Below, piece by piece: positions 40,080 to 48,619 of a DNA stretch of 64,000 nt. Under the pieces are notes generated by a model that worked only from the letters and a program-made list of their open reading frames with translations, was not told the DNA's origin and did not search any database. This DNA is from an uncultured Actinomycetes bacterium. Its GTDB lineage: Bacteria; Actinomycetota; UBA4738; HRBIN12. Made by a program: the position numbers and the translations under genes. The stretch's first letter is position 1, and every line of letters starts with the position of its first letter. The DNA lies in the NCBI GenBank assembly GCA_963714865.1, contig CAVQPR010000001.1, forward strand, positions 12,775 through 76,774, read 5' to 3'.

Positions 40080-40322
40080 ATGGCCTCGAGCAAGAAGGTC
40101 TGCGATTCGCTCGGACCGAGTGAAGACAGGAACCGAGATTGGCTGATCGAGATCACCGTGACGTCCGACACCCCGTTCCCGTTCGACGGGATCGTGGCCT
40201 TTGCCTCCGGTGTAGATCGGTGCTTCCGGGATGCGCAGGCAAGCCGTTGTAACAGGAATCGTTGGAGCGAGTCTGAGGGGAGGTGTTGCATGTCGATGTC
40301 CCCCGAGGGACGAGTTGGTTGA
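40080..40322 (+). pseudogene. internally deleted paralogue of gene 42683..43900 (start codon fused to the last ~45 codons, plus a 1-nt insertion)
   Basis: It keeps the same SD and ATG context as 42670..42685. Segment 40085..40233 is ~96% identical to 43771..43918. An extra T at ~40199 removes the ancestral stop. Confidence 0.65.
40085..40233 (+). repeat. direct repeat, copy A (149 nt)
   Basis: Hand alignment to 43771..43918 shows 5 substitutions and 1 indel. Confidence 0.85.
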
Positions 40323-40434
40323 AGAGTCCTTCGCGCGAGCAGAACCAATGACGCGAGACCTCTTACTGCCCTCATGGGGACTTGAGCTCACGCGGCCGAG
40401 TAGCCCCGACGGGGCCGGAAGGTGGTGCACAGTG

Positions 40435-41349
40435 ATGCAGTCTCGCGAAAATCGGCCTGCGCTGTTGGTGGCCGGCGTGGCGCTGGCGGTTCTTCTGTTG
40501 AGCGGCACGATGGTGGCGGGGGCTACCCCTCCGGCGGATGGGCGGCTCGTCTTCCAGAGCGGCGAACAGACTTGGGTCATGGACGCAGACGGTCAGGGCC
40601 AGTACCAGGTCACCGGCGTGTGCGAGGGTCTTGAGCCTTCCTGGCGCCCAGGGACAGACGAGATCGCGTTTATCAACCGGTGCGGGCCCACCGGCTCGTT
40701 CGAGATCTCAGCGATCCTTTCCGATGGCTCGGGCTTCCGCCAACTCCTCACCTCGGAAGCAGATGACTCTGGGCCGGATTGGTCCAACGACGGCCGCCTC
40801 GCACTGACGAGCGATCTGAGTGGAGATCGCGACGTCTACGTGATGAACGCTGACGGGTCCAACCTCGTGAACCTGACGAACGACCCTGCCCGTGACGAAT
40901 ACCCGTCCTTCTCGCCCGATGGAACGCAGATCGCCTTCACGAGCAACCGAACCGGGAACTGCGAGCTATACATGATGGGCGATGACGGATCGCACGTGAC
41001 CCAGCTCACGTTCAACCCGGCAGACGACGGCACCTGCGGCTACGGCTGGGGTGGAGGGCCATCCTGGTCACCGGATGGCCGGTACATCGCCTTCGAAAGC
41101 GATCGAGGCGGCAACCTGGACATCTACTTGCTCGACCTGAAGACGGGCAAGGAGCGACGTGTCACCAGTGCGGTGGGTGTCGAGGTGAACCCGGCGTTCT
41201 CACCAGATGGTCACCGAATCGCCTTCTCCAGCAACCGACCGGAGACCGACTTCGACATCTACACGGTCAGCAGGAACGGAGGAGCCTGGAGAGTGGTTGC
41301 GGTTCGGCAGGGCGTGAACGACTTCCAGCCTGACTGGGCGGGCGTCTGA
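40435..41349 (+). CDS. secreted TolB-like beta-propeller (PD40/WD40-like repeats) protein
   Basis: Signal peptide (LLVAGVALAVLLLSGTMVAGA). Repeated PD40 signatures: PDWSNDGRLALTS, YPSFSPDGTQIAFTSNR, PSWSPDGRYIAFESDR, NPAFSPDGHRIAFSSNR. Confidence 0.75.
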   Translation: MQSRENRPALLVAGVALAVLLLSGTMVAGATPPADGRLVFQSGEQTWVMDADGQGQYQVTGVCEGLEPSWRPGTDEIAFINRCGPTGSFEISAILSDGSGFRQLLTSEADDSGPDWSNDGRLALTSDLSGDRDVYVMNADGSNLVNLTNDPARDEYPSFSPDGTQIAFTSNRTGNCELYMMGDDGSHVTQLTFNPADDGTCGYGWGGGPSWSPDGRYIAFESDRGGNLDIYLLDLKTGKERRVTSAVGVEVNPAFSPDGHRIAFSSNRPETDFDIYTVSRNGGAWRVVAVRQGVNDFQPDWAGV

Positions 41350-41376
41350 TGACGCTCGAACCTACGAAGGGAGTGA

Positions 41377-42234
41377 ATGATGCATCGACTTCATGCCAGT
41401 AGGCGTCTGGCCTCGATCCTCGGGGCGGCGCTCGCCGCGTCTGCGGTCGTCGTGTTGAGTATTCCGGCGAGCCAAGCGGCGTCGTCCTGCAATTTCGAGT
41501 TCGACACCGACCCGCCCGAAACCGTCATCACGATGTTCGACAACACCTCGACCATCGTGCGATCGGGGGAGGACATCGTTGTCGACGGCGTTGCGTGCGC
41601 GACCGTCACGAACGCGCACAAGATGGTCTTCTACGACAACTGGGGCGGGAGCGGGCAACGAGGAGTCATCTCCCTCAAGGGCGGACCATTCACGCCTGGG
41701 CTGGATACGGGCCCAAGCCCTGAAGTCAACTTCCACTACTACTCGACGATCGCCTGTGACTACCTGCGGATCGTTGGATCGGGCGAACGCGAGGTCATCA
41801 GGTGGGGGAGTATCAGCGGCCATCCGACGGCGAACCTGAACGCCGAAGAGACGGAAGACATCGACGCTGACGTCACTACCTCTGGGGTGTGCGTGGAGCC
41901 AGAGGTCGTGGCCGGAGGCGGGGACGACGTCATCAGCGCTGCGGGCGGCCTCGGCACGGGGAATCCCTCGATCATCCACGTGTTCTTCAATGGCGGTCCC
42001 GGCAACGACAAGCTCACGGGCGGGCGGAACGGTGACTTCTTGCTAGGTGGGGCCGGTGCGGACCGGATCGTCGGCGGCGACGACGACGACCGTGTCCTCC
42101 TCGGTGGTGACGGACGCGATGTCGTGGTCGGCGGCGACGGCAACGACAAGCTCAACGGTGGAGCCGGCTATGACGTATGCAAGGGAGGACCGGGCGCTGA
42201 CCGCTTCGTCAACTGCGAGAAGATCGTGGACTGA
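41377..42234 (+). CDS. Sec-secreted protein with C-terminal hemolysin-type (RTX) calcium-binding repeats
   Basis: Signal peptide ending PASQA-AS. Nonapeptide-like repeats GGPGNDKLTGGRNGDFLLGGAGADRIVGGDDDDRVLLGGDGRDVVVGGDGNDKLNGGAGYD. Confidence 0.75.
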   Translation: MMHRLHASRRLASILGAALAASAVVVLSIPASQAASSCNFEFDTDPPETVITMFDNTSTIVRSGEDIVVDGVACATVTNAHKMVFYDNWGGSGQRGVISLKGGPFTPGLDTGPSPEVNFHYYSTIACDYLRIVGSGEREVIRWGSISGHPTANLNAEETEDIDADVTTSGVCVEPEVVAGGGDDVISAAGGLGTGNPSIIHVFFNGGPGNDKLTGGRNGDFLLGGAGADRIVGGDDDDRVLLGGDGRDVVVGGDGNDKLNGGAGYDVCKGGPGADRFVNCEKIVD

Positions 42235-42596
42235 GGAAACGCCCCCCGATGTAGGGACCCCTGCTCCCAGGGAGTCGCCATGGGGACCGAGACGCAAACA
42301 CCGAAGAGCGCATCGCCCTGACGGGTTTGAGGTGACCTGCGGTGGGCATTAGCCAGGGTAGACGAGCGCCATCTCCTGACCGTTTGCCGATCCAGATCAA
42401 GTGCCTCGCGCCCTCGCCAGATGTGAGAACTCCTTGCTGGAACGCCCGAAACGGCGTTCCACGCGGCCTTCATGCCACCCCCCGGCCGACATCAAGAGGA
42501 AGCCGACGATCAGCGCCGCGGCAACGACAATCAACCACGCCATCGGTTCCATTCGCGAAGCCCATGCCCTCGCACGGCGGGGCGCTATCGTCATAG

Positions 42597-42626
42597 GCGA
42601 GACACTAGGGAATCCCCGGATGCGGG
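42597..42626 (+). promoter_or_regulatory. conserved leader motif, copy 2
   Basis: See 39995..40024. It lies upstream of the full-length gene 42683..43900. Confidence 0.35.
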
Positions 42627-42682
42627 CAAACGCACCTCTCGCGTACCGTGCGAGCGGTCCGATTTCGCGAAGGGAGTCAGGG

Positions 42683-43900
42683 ATGCGTGCCAGAGGTCGA
42701 CTCACAGCTGGCATCGTGCTCGTGTCGATGCTAGCGGTCACCACGGCCGTGCCAGTGGCCGCGAACGTGCGGGTGATCTCGGATCGCAACGACACGCGCG
42801 GACCTCTGGATCTCGATCGCGTCCGCATCTCACACGCCCGTCGAAATGCAGACCGCATCGAGCTGCGTACGATCGAGCCATTCACCGATGCACAGATCGA
42901 CGGAAAGATCGGTTGGTTGGCGGTGCTGTTCTCTGGCCGGGGACGTTCGGTTGATTGGACCGTCTACCTCTACCACGACAACGGTCGCTACCACGGCATC
43001 GGAGTCAGCCCCAGCGGTAGCTACGCCGGGCGGTTCTCCGTCAAGCGCCTCGACGGAAGAACCCTCGTGATGTTCTATCGGTTCATCGAGAGCGACCGCA
43101 TGACGTATTCGATCGTGGGGGGCAGCGCCTGGAAGGGCTCCCCTTGTTCGCGGCCGTGCGTCGACCTGGCCCCGAACGATCGGTGGTTGCTCCACGACGT
43201 CATCGCGCCCACGGCCAAGTGCTGCAAGCTTACGGCCGCGAGCGCCGCCAACCTCCCGCTGTACGAGCCGGTGTCCTCCACCGCACTGTCGTTCCCCATC
43301 TCCTTCTCGGTGATGGATGATCGATACGGCTCGGGGGTCCGTTCGTGGCGGTTCCAGGGTCGGCTCTGGCATACGGACCACTGGAAGACGCTCAAGACCG
43401 GACATGCACCGAGACCGTCGATCAGGGTTTCCGGCGAGCAGGGGGCGTGGTACGAGTACCGGGTGGTCGTCGCCGATCGACATGGGAACCGGGGGATCTC
43501 GGACTCGCGGGTTGGCTACGTGCCCATCGATGACACCTCCTCGATGTTCGACTACGGGGGCACCTGGACGCCGGTATCGAACGCCTTCGACCTGCTGGGC
43601 GGCCACCGGGCTGGGGACAATGGGTCGACCGTGACGACCACGATCCGAGGGGCCCGTCTATGCGTCTTCCACACGCCGACCGATCCTGGGGAAACTGCGT
43701 CGGCCACCTACATCGTCAAGGACCTGGCCGGCATCTCCCCGAGCTTCGGTGGAACGCTCACGATGGTGGACTCGAGCAAGAAGGTCTGCGATTCGCTCGG
43801 ACCGAGTGAAGACCGGAACCGAAACTGGCTGATCGAGATCACCGTGACGTCCGACACCCCGTTCCCGTTCGACGGGATCGTGGCCTTGCCTCCGGTGTAG
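42683..43900 (+). CDS. secreted hypothetical protein (405 aa)
   Basis: ATG 42683 is preceded by AAGGGAG and followed by a signal peptide (GIVLVSMLAVTTAVPVAANV). The ORF opens at 42401, but that upstream part has no coding support. No family recognised. Confidence 0.6.
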   Translation: MRARGRLTAGIVLVSMLAVTTAVPVAANVRVISDRNDTRGPLDLDRVRISHARRNADRIELRTIEPFTDAQIDGKIGWLAVLFSGRGRSVDWTVYLYHDNGRYHGIGVSPSGSYAGRFSVKRLDGRTLVMFYRFIESDRMTYSIVGGSAWKGSPCSRPCVDLAPNDRWLLHDVIAPTAKCCKLTAASAANLPLYEPVSSTALSFPISFSVMDDRYGSGVRSWRFQGRLWHTDHWKTLKTGHAPRPSIRVSGEQGAWYEYRVVVADRHGNRGISDSRVGYVPIDDTSSMFDYGGTWTPVSNAFDLLGGHRAGDNGSTVTTTIRGARLCVFHTPTDPGETASATYIVKDLAGISPSFGGTLTMVDSSKKVCDSLGPSEDRNRNWLIEITVTSDTPFPFDGIVALPPV

Positions 43901-43918
43901 ATAGGTGATTCCGGGATG
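43771..43918 (+). repeat. direct repeat, copy B (148 nt; the 3' end of gene 42683..43900 plus 18 nt)
   Basis: ~96% identical to 40085..40233. Confidence 0.85.
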
Positions 43919-44153
43919 GGAATGATGCTGGAAGATCCCACCGTGGTGGCGCCCACTCATTCAAGGGGATGAGCCCCTCTCGGACGACGGATGCACTGCG
44001 ACGGACCCTTCCTGCTCATGGCCATTCGGCGAGGCCGGCCGCGTCCGTACTTCGCGCTCTGGGTTGAGAACGTCGCGCTGCTTCGACTCTACTGAGGCTG
44101 AAACTGCTGGCGATTCCGCCTGCCCCGACGATTCCATCCTGATGTGCCCGAGC

Positions 44154-44768
44154 TCAGGTCTCCAGCCTGGACCACCGCTCCCGGGTGATCGCCCGGAGAG
44201 GGAACACCTCGTTGTCGATCTCGACGTCGCCGTCGACGGTCATGCCGATCTTCGCGGCGACCCCCAGCGACGCGTCGTTCTCCTCGTCGACCAGGCAGAT
44301 CAGGCGGTCGACGTCCAGCGTCGCGAAGCCGAACGACGCGATCGCCCGTGCTGCCTCGGTCGCGAGTCCGCGGCCCCAGTGTTCCTTCGCGAGGAGATAG
44401 GCCACCTCGACCTCGACGCGGCGCCCCGGCGTGGGCTGTTCCTCGGGAGCGGCGAGCCCGAGCGCCGCGCGGTCGGATACGGTGACCGGCCAGGGCAGCA
44501 GTCCACACCGGCCGATGAGCGCTCCGGTGTCGCGGAGCACCGTCGCCCACAGGCCGTACCCATACTTCGGATAGTCCACCTCGAGCATCCAGGCGATCTC
44601 TTCACGCGTTTCCTCACGGGTGAGGGTGCCCTCGGGGAAGAAGCGGCGTACGTCGGGATCGGCGTAGATCGCGGCGAGCGCATCGAGATCGTCCATCGAG
44701 AGCCGACGCAGGATCAGCCGCTCGGTGGTGAGCACGACCGACGCCTCGTCTGTCCCTGGCCCTGCCAT
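44154..44768 (-). CDS. GNAT-family N-acetyltransferase (RimJ/RimL-like)
   Basis: TERLILRRLSMDDLDALAAIYADPDV...GLWATVLRDTGALIGRCGL...WGRGLATEAARA. Confidence 0.85.
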   Translation of the reverse strand: MAGPGTDEASVVLTTERLILRRLSMDDLDALAAIYADPDVRRFFPEGTLTREETREEIAWMLEVDYPKYGYGLWATVLRDTGALIGRCGLLPWPVTVSDRAALGLAAPEEQPTPGRRVEVEVAYLLAKEHWGRGLATEAARAIASFGFATLDVDRLICLVDEENDASLGVAAKIGMTVDGDVEIDNEVFPLRAITRERWSRLET

Positions 44769-44844
44769 ACGCCCAATCTAGTCAGATGGAGGGCTCCGCA
44801 GCGCTCCATGCCCCGGGGGAGGCTACTTCTTGCGCTCAGTGCGA

Positions 44845-47301
44845 TCAGCGCGCCGGCAGGTGGCGGCCACGCGGTCTGCTGGATCGACGGCCCGCGACCA
44901 GCAGCGAGGCGCCCACCAGCATCAAGGCGAGGGCCGCCCAGAACACGCGGCGGAGATCCGCCCCGGTATCGGCCGAATCGGGCGGATCGCCGCCGGACGC
45001 CGCCGCGTTCACCGAGGTCGCCCAGGACGCTGCGTCGTTGTTCTGCCTCGGGTCGAAGGTCGCCGAGGAGACCTCGGCCGCGTTCGTGATCGACGAGGGC
45101 TGCGCCGGCGCGGTCACTACCACCTCGATATCCGGGGCCGTTGCCCCGGAGGAGAGCGTCGGCCGCGCGCAGGTCACCGACACGTCGCCCGCGTTGGTGC
45201 ACGACCACCCCGGGCCCGAGGCCGATACGAACGACACGCCCGCCGGCAGGGTGTCGACCACCGAGACGGTCTGTGCGTTGGACGGCCCGTGATTCGTGAC
45301 CGTCAGGGTGTAGGCAAGACGCCCGCCCGCCCGAACGGTCGCGGGGCCCGTCTTGGCGAGCTCGAGGTTGGCAGACGCCGTGACCGTCGTGTCCATCGAT
45401 GCGGCGTCGTTGGTGGGGTCCGGATCGGGGGATACCGCGGACACCACAGCTGAGTTGGTGATCGAAGACGCTTGTGCCGGCGCGGTCACCGTCACGGTGA
45501 TGTCGGGGGCCGTGGCCCCGGAGGCGAGTGCCGGCCGCGTGCAGCTCACCGACGCGTCGCCCGCGTTGGTGCACGACCACCCCGGCCCAGAGGCCGACAC
45601 GAACGACACCCCCGCCGGCAGGGTGTCGACCACCGACAGGGTCTGTGCGTTGGACGGCCCGTGGTTCGTGACCGTCAGGGTGTAGGCAAGACGCCCGCCC
45701 GCCCGCACGGTCGCGGGGCCCGTCTTGGCGAGCTCCAGGTCGGCGCACTCGGCGCCCCCGCTTACGCCGGGGATCGCCGCGGGCGCGACCGTGGCCGTCT
45801 GTCCCACGCCGCCATCGAACGATCCGAACGTGAGGTTGCCCGTGGTCGTGATCCCGTGCAGACCCCCGCCCACGCCGGCCGACGTCGGCGCGCTCGACGT
45901 GAGTATCCAGCCGCCACCTCCACCGCCGCCCGGGCCGTGGGCGTTGCCCGCCCCCGCCTGGTTCGGCCACGCGTCTCCGCCGCGCCCGCCCGCCGCGCTT
46001 AGGGTCGCCCCCGCGAGCGAACCGGATGGCGAGGTGAGCGCGATCGTGCCCCCCGCCCCGCCTCCGCCCCCGCCGTCGTTCAACGTCTGGTTGTACGCGT
46101 CCGCGCCGTTCGCCGTGATCGAACCGGCTCCCGCCACCGATCCCACCCTGAATAGGACGATGCCGCCGCCGTCCGCGCCGTCGGCCTGGGGTGAGGCGTG
46201 GTTGTTGGTCGTGCCGGATCCGCCCCCGCCGCCGAGGAACAGCCTGCCTGCGGTCGCCGGAAGGGCGACGCCTCCGTAGCCGCCGGTGGCAAGGTTGGAG
46301 GACCAGGAGTTCCCTCCCTGGCCGCCGGCACCCCCGTTGCCGCCCCCGCCCCCGCCCGTGTTCTGGCTGTTGGAATTCGGGGCACCGTCGGTACCCCCCC
46401 CACCGGCGTTCCCGGGTGCCCCTCGCGCCGCGTCGCCGCCCGGATAGCCGTTGCCGGCAGCGGTGCCCACCGGCGTGCCGCCGATCCCCTCGGCCTTGTT
46501 GCCGTGGACGTTCGCGGTCGCGCTCACGGCCACGTCGGTGTTCGCGAACCCCGGAGCGCCTCCTCGCTGAAGGCCTGGGGCGCCGCGGAATCCGAGACCG
46601 TCGACGCTCACCACGCCGCCCAGGGTGAGGGTACCGCTCGTGTCCAACGCCAGGACCCCTCCCACCGACCCGTTCCAGGCGAGCGCGGTCAGCCCAGAAC
46701 TGGTCGTCGCGGTGGTGTACTGCGGCACGCGGATGACCTGGAAGGTTCGTTGACCCTCGGTCCCGGTTGCCGCCGAGGTTCGGTAGGTGTTGATCAGGCC
46801 GTCGCCGGCGCCGAGACCGACGATGCCGACGGTCCCCGCCACGACGGCCGAGCTCGCGCGCACGTACTCGTAGCGGCCGGTCGAGTTCAGCGCGGTGTAG
46901 CCGGATGCAGGGGCCGCGGGGGCGCCTCCGTGTCCGTACGAGTTCGTGTTGGTGGCATCGAAGTCGGCGTCCTGCATCTGGATGACCAGCAGCAGGTCGC
47001 CCTGCGCGATCGGCGTCGCCGCGCCGGCCGCCGCCCCGACATCGATGCTGCCCGCCCCCGCGCCGACGGCTCCGACACCGGGGTAGTAGGTATTGATCAC
47101 GCCTGAGAGCGTCCCGCCGGCACCCGAGTCACCGGGCGTGGCGCACAGACCGGCCGCGATGGCCGGGGAGGGGGACACGCCGGGGACGACTCCCACGACG
47201 GCCAGCACCAGCGCCAACAAGATCGGCGCCCGTCGGAGCGCCGGGCGCCCGAATCGTTTCGCCTTCGCGGAGATCCCCCCTTGCGAGTTCGGTGTACACA
47301 C
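44845..47301 (-). CDS. large glycine-rich cell-surface protein with two DUF11-type repeats and a C-terminal membrane anchor
   Basis: A signal peptide is followed by ~550 aa of Gly/Ala/Thr-rich repeats (GGGGGGNGGAGGQGGNSW, GGGGGGAGGTIALTS). Two copies of LELAKTGPATVRAGGRLAYTLTVTNHGPSNAQT...DTLPAGVSFVSASGPGWSC follow. The C-terminal ..SADTG.. is followed by a hydrophobic helix and an RRSSRPRGR tail. Confidence 0.7.
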   Translation of the reverse strand: MCTPNSQGGISAKAKRFGRPALRRAPILLALVLAVVGVVPGVSPSPAIAAGLCATPGDSGAGGTLSGVINTYYPGVGAVGAGAGSIDVGAAAGAATPIAQGDLLLVIQMQDADFDATNTNSYGHGGAPAAPASGYTALNSTGRYEYVRASSAVVAGTVGIVGLGAGDGLINTYRTSAATGTEGQRTFQVIRVPQYTTATTSSGLTALAWNGSVGGVLALDTSGTLTLGGVVSVDGLGFRGAPGLQRGGAPGFANTDVAVSATANVHGNKAEGIGGTPVGTAAGNGYPGGDAARGAPGNAGGGGTDGAPNSNSQNTGGGGGGNGGAGGQGGNSWSSNLATGGYGGVALPATAGRLFLGGGGGSGTTNNHASPQADGADGGGIVLFRVGSVAGAGSITANGADAYNQTLNDGGGGGGAGGTIALTSPSGSLAGATLSAAGGRGGDAWPNQAGAGNAHGPGGGGGGGWILTSSAPTSAGVGGGLHGITTTGNLTFGSFDGGVGQTATVAPAAIPGVSGGAECADLELAKTGPATVRAGGRLAYTLTVTNHGPSNAQTLSVVDTLPAGVSFVSASGPGWSCTNAGDASVSCTRPALASGATAPDITVTVTAPAQASSITNSAVVSAVSPDPDPTNDAASMDTTVTASANLELAKTGPATVRAGGRLAYTLTVTNHGPSNAQTVSVVDTLPAGVSFVSASGPGWSCTNAGDVSVTCARPTLSSGATAPDIEVVVTAPAQPSSITNAAEVSSATFDPRQNNDAASWATSVNAAASGGDPPDSADTGADLRRVFWAALALMLVGASLLVAGRRSSRPRGRHLPAR
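45082..45744 (-). repeat. intragenic tandem duplication (2 x 291 nt, 372-nt period) encoding the DUF11-type domains
   Basis: 45082..45372 and 45454..45744 align by eye at roughly 90% identity. Confidence 0.85.
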
Positions 47302-47404
47302 GTCTCGACGGCGCGGTCGTTCGCACCACGGGGAAGGCCTCGATACTATCCGACGCCGACCCTGTCGTCCGAGCAGGTGGCGGAAGAGCCGCGCGCGTCG
47401 CTCG

Positions 47405-48469
47405 TCAGGCCTGCAGGCGGTAGAAGCGCCAGAACCCTCCGTCGATGGGGAGGATCTCGACGCCGGCGAACCCCGCCTCCTTCGCGTACCGCTCGAACAC
47501 GGATGGGCGCATGACCGTTCCCGTGCCCACCGAGTCGGGGTGCGACATGCCGTCGGGCAGGCACACCAGGGTGCTGAACCCGTACATCAGCCGCTCGATC
47601 TCGTCGCCCGGCGCGACGAATTCGGGCTGCACGTTCTCGTCCATCACGATCACCGTGCCGTCGGAGCCCGCCATCGATCGCATGGCGCGAAGAACGGGCA
47701 CGGGCTGCGGCATGTCGTGGATGCACTCGAAGGCGGTGACGAGGTCGTAGTCGTCGCCGTGATCGGCCTCCGCCGGATCGATCGCGTGGAACCGGACACG
47801 ATCACTCATACCCTCGGCCTCCGCGTTGCCACGGGCGCGTTCGACCGCCGGCTCGTCGAGGTCGAAGCCGTCGATCGTGATGCTCGGATACGCGCGCGCC
47901 AGCGAGATCGACGACCATCCGCCCCCACATCCCACGTCCGCCATCCGGGCGCCGGCCGAGAGCTGCTCGTGCACGTCGGGGATGCTCGCGAACCAGTCGG
48001 CCAGCGAGTTGACGAACGTCGGCCGGTTGCCGAATTCCTGGCCCTCGCTCATGTCGGGCCCGAAATCGCGCCAGTTGACGCCGCCTCCGTCCCGGTATGC
48101 CTGGAGCAGCGCCGGCAGCTGCTGGCCCGCGGCCACGAACATCCTGCTGAAGGCCGCCATGTAGGTCGGCGCGTCGCGATCCAGCAGCACCTGCGCGTGC
48201 TCGGCCGACAGCATGTACCTGCGATCGGCTGCGTCGGCGCTTGGGTCGTCGATCTCGAGGAACCCGGCGACCGCCTGCTGCTCGAGCCACTCACGCGCGT
48301 ACCGCTCGGCGATCCCGGCGCGGGTCGCCAGCTCGCTCGGGGTGAGCCAGCCGTCCGCGAGCGCCCCGTACAACCCCAGACGGTCGCCGATGTAGATCGT
48401 CATCAGCTCCGCGCTGCCGATCAGCGACTCGAAGACCCGCCCCAGTAGTGCGTCCGCCTGCTCGCCCAT
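47405..48469 (-). CDS. class I SAM-dependent methyltransferase with an N-terminal winged-helix-like dimerisation domain
   Basis: SAM motif ADVGCGGGWSSISLA and acidic loop IDGFDLD. The start is taken at MGEQADALL. Confidence 0.8.
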   Translation of the reverse strand: MGEQADALLGRVFESLIGSAELMTIYIGDRLGLYGALADGWLTPSELATRAGIAERYAREWLEQQAVAGFLEIDDPSADAADRRYMLSAEHAQVLLDRDAPTYMAAFSRMFVAAGQQLPALLQAYRDGGGVNWRDFGPDMSEGQEFGNRPTFVNSLADWFASIPDVHEQLSAGARMADVGCGGGWSSISLARAYPSITIDGFDLDEPAVERARGNAEAEGMSDRVRFHAIDPAEADHGDDYDLVTAFECIHDMPQPVPVLRAMRSMAGSDGTVIVMDENVQPEFVAPGDEIERLMYGFSTLVCLPDGMSHPDSVGTGTVMRPSVFERYAKEAGFAGVEILPIDGGFWRFYRLQA

Positions 48470-48619
48470 GCTGGATCCCCCCCTTGCGGTGCGACTCCGA
48501 TGCTCGGCGAGCATCGCACAGCCGCCGGGACGCGCGCGACCGGGGCCCGTTGTTCTTCGAGCGGGAATTCACGGGCGTCCTGTGGGGTTGATGGTGGCGT
48601 TCCCGAGAAGGAGCGTTCG

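Noticed and set aside
42397-42552. Possible 51-aa minus-strand TM peptide (MEPMAWLIVVAAALIVGFLLMSAGGWHEG...)
   Set aside because: It is a plausible hydrophobic helix, but I found no SD and no conservation evidence. It lies within a longer spurious ORF (42397..42885) and cannot be supported from sequence alone.
39686-44153. A bona fide integrative element at tRNA-Ala with att sites
   Set aside because: No integrase or recombinase ORF was found. The best match to the tRNA 3' half at the far side is only 8 nt (TTCGACTC at 44082-44089). The block is kept only as a compositionally atypical region.
45082-45744. The near-identical 291-nt repeats as a diversity-generating retroelement TR/VR pair
   Set aside because: The differences between copies are of all substitution types, not adenine-specific. 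Both copies are in-frame domains of one protein, and no reverse transcriptase is nearby. This is a tandem domain duplication.
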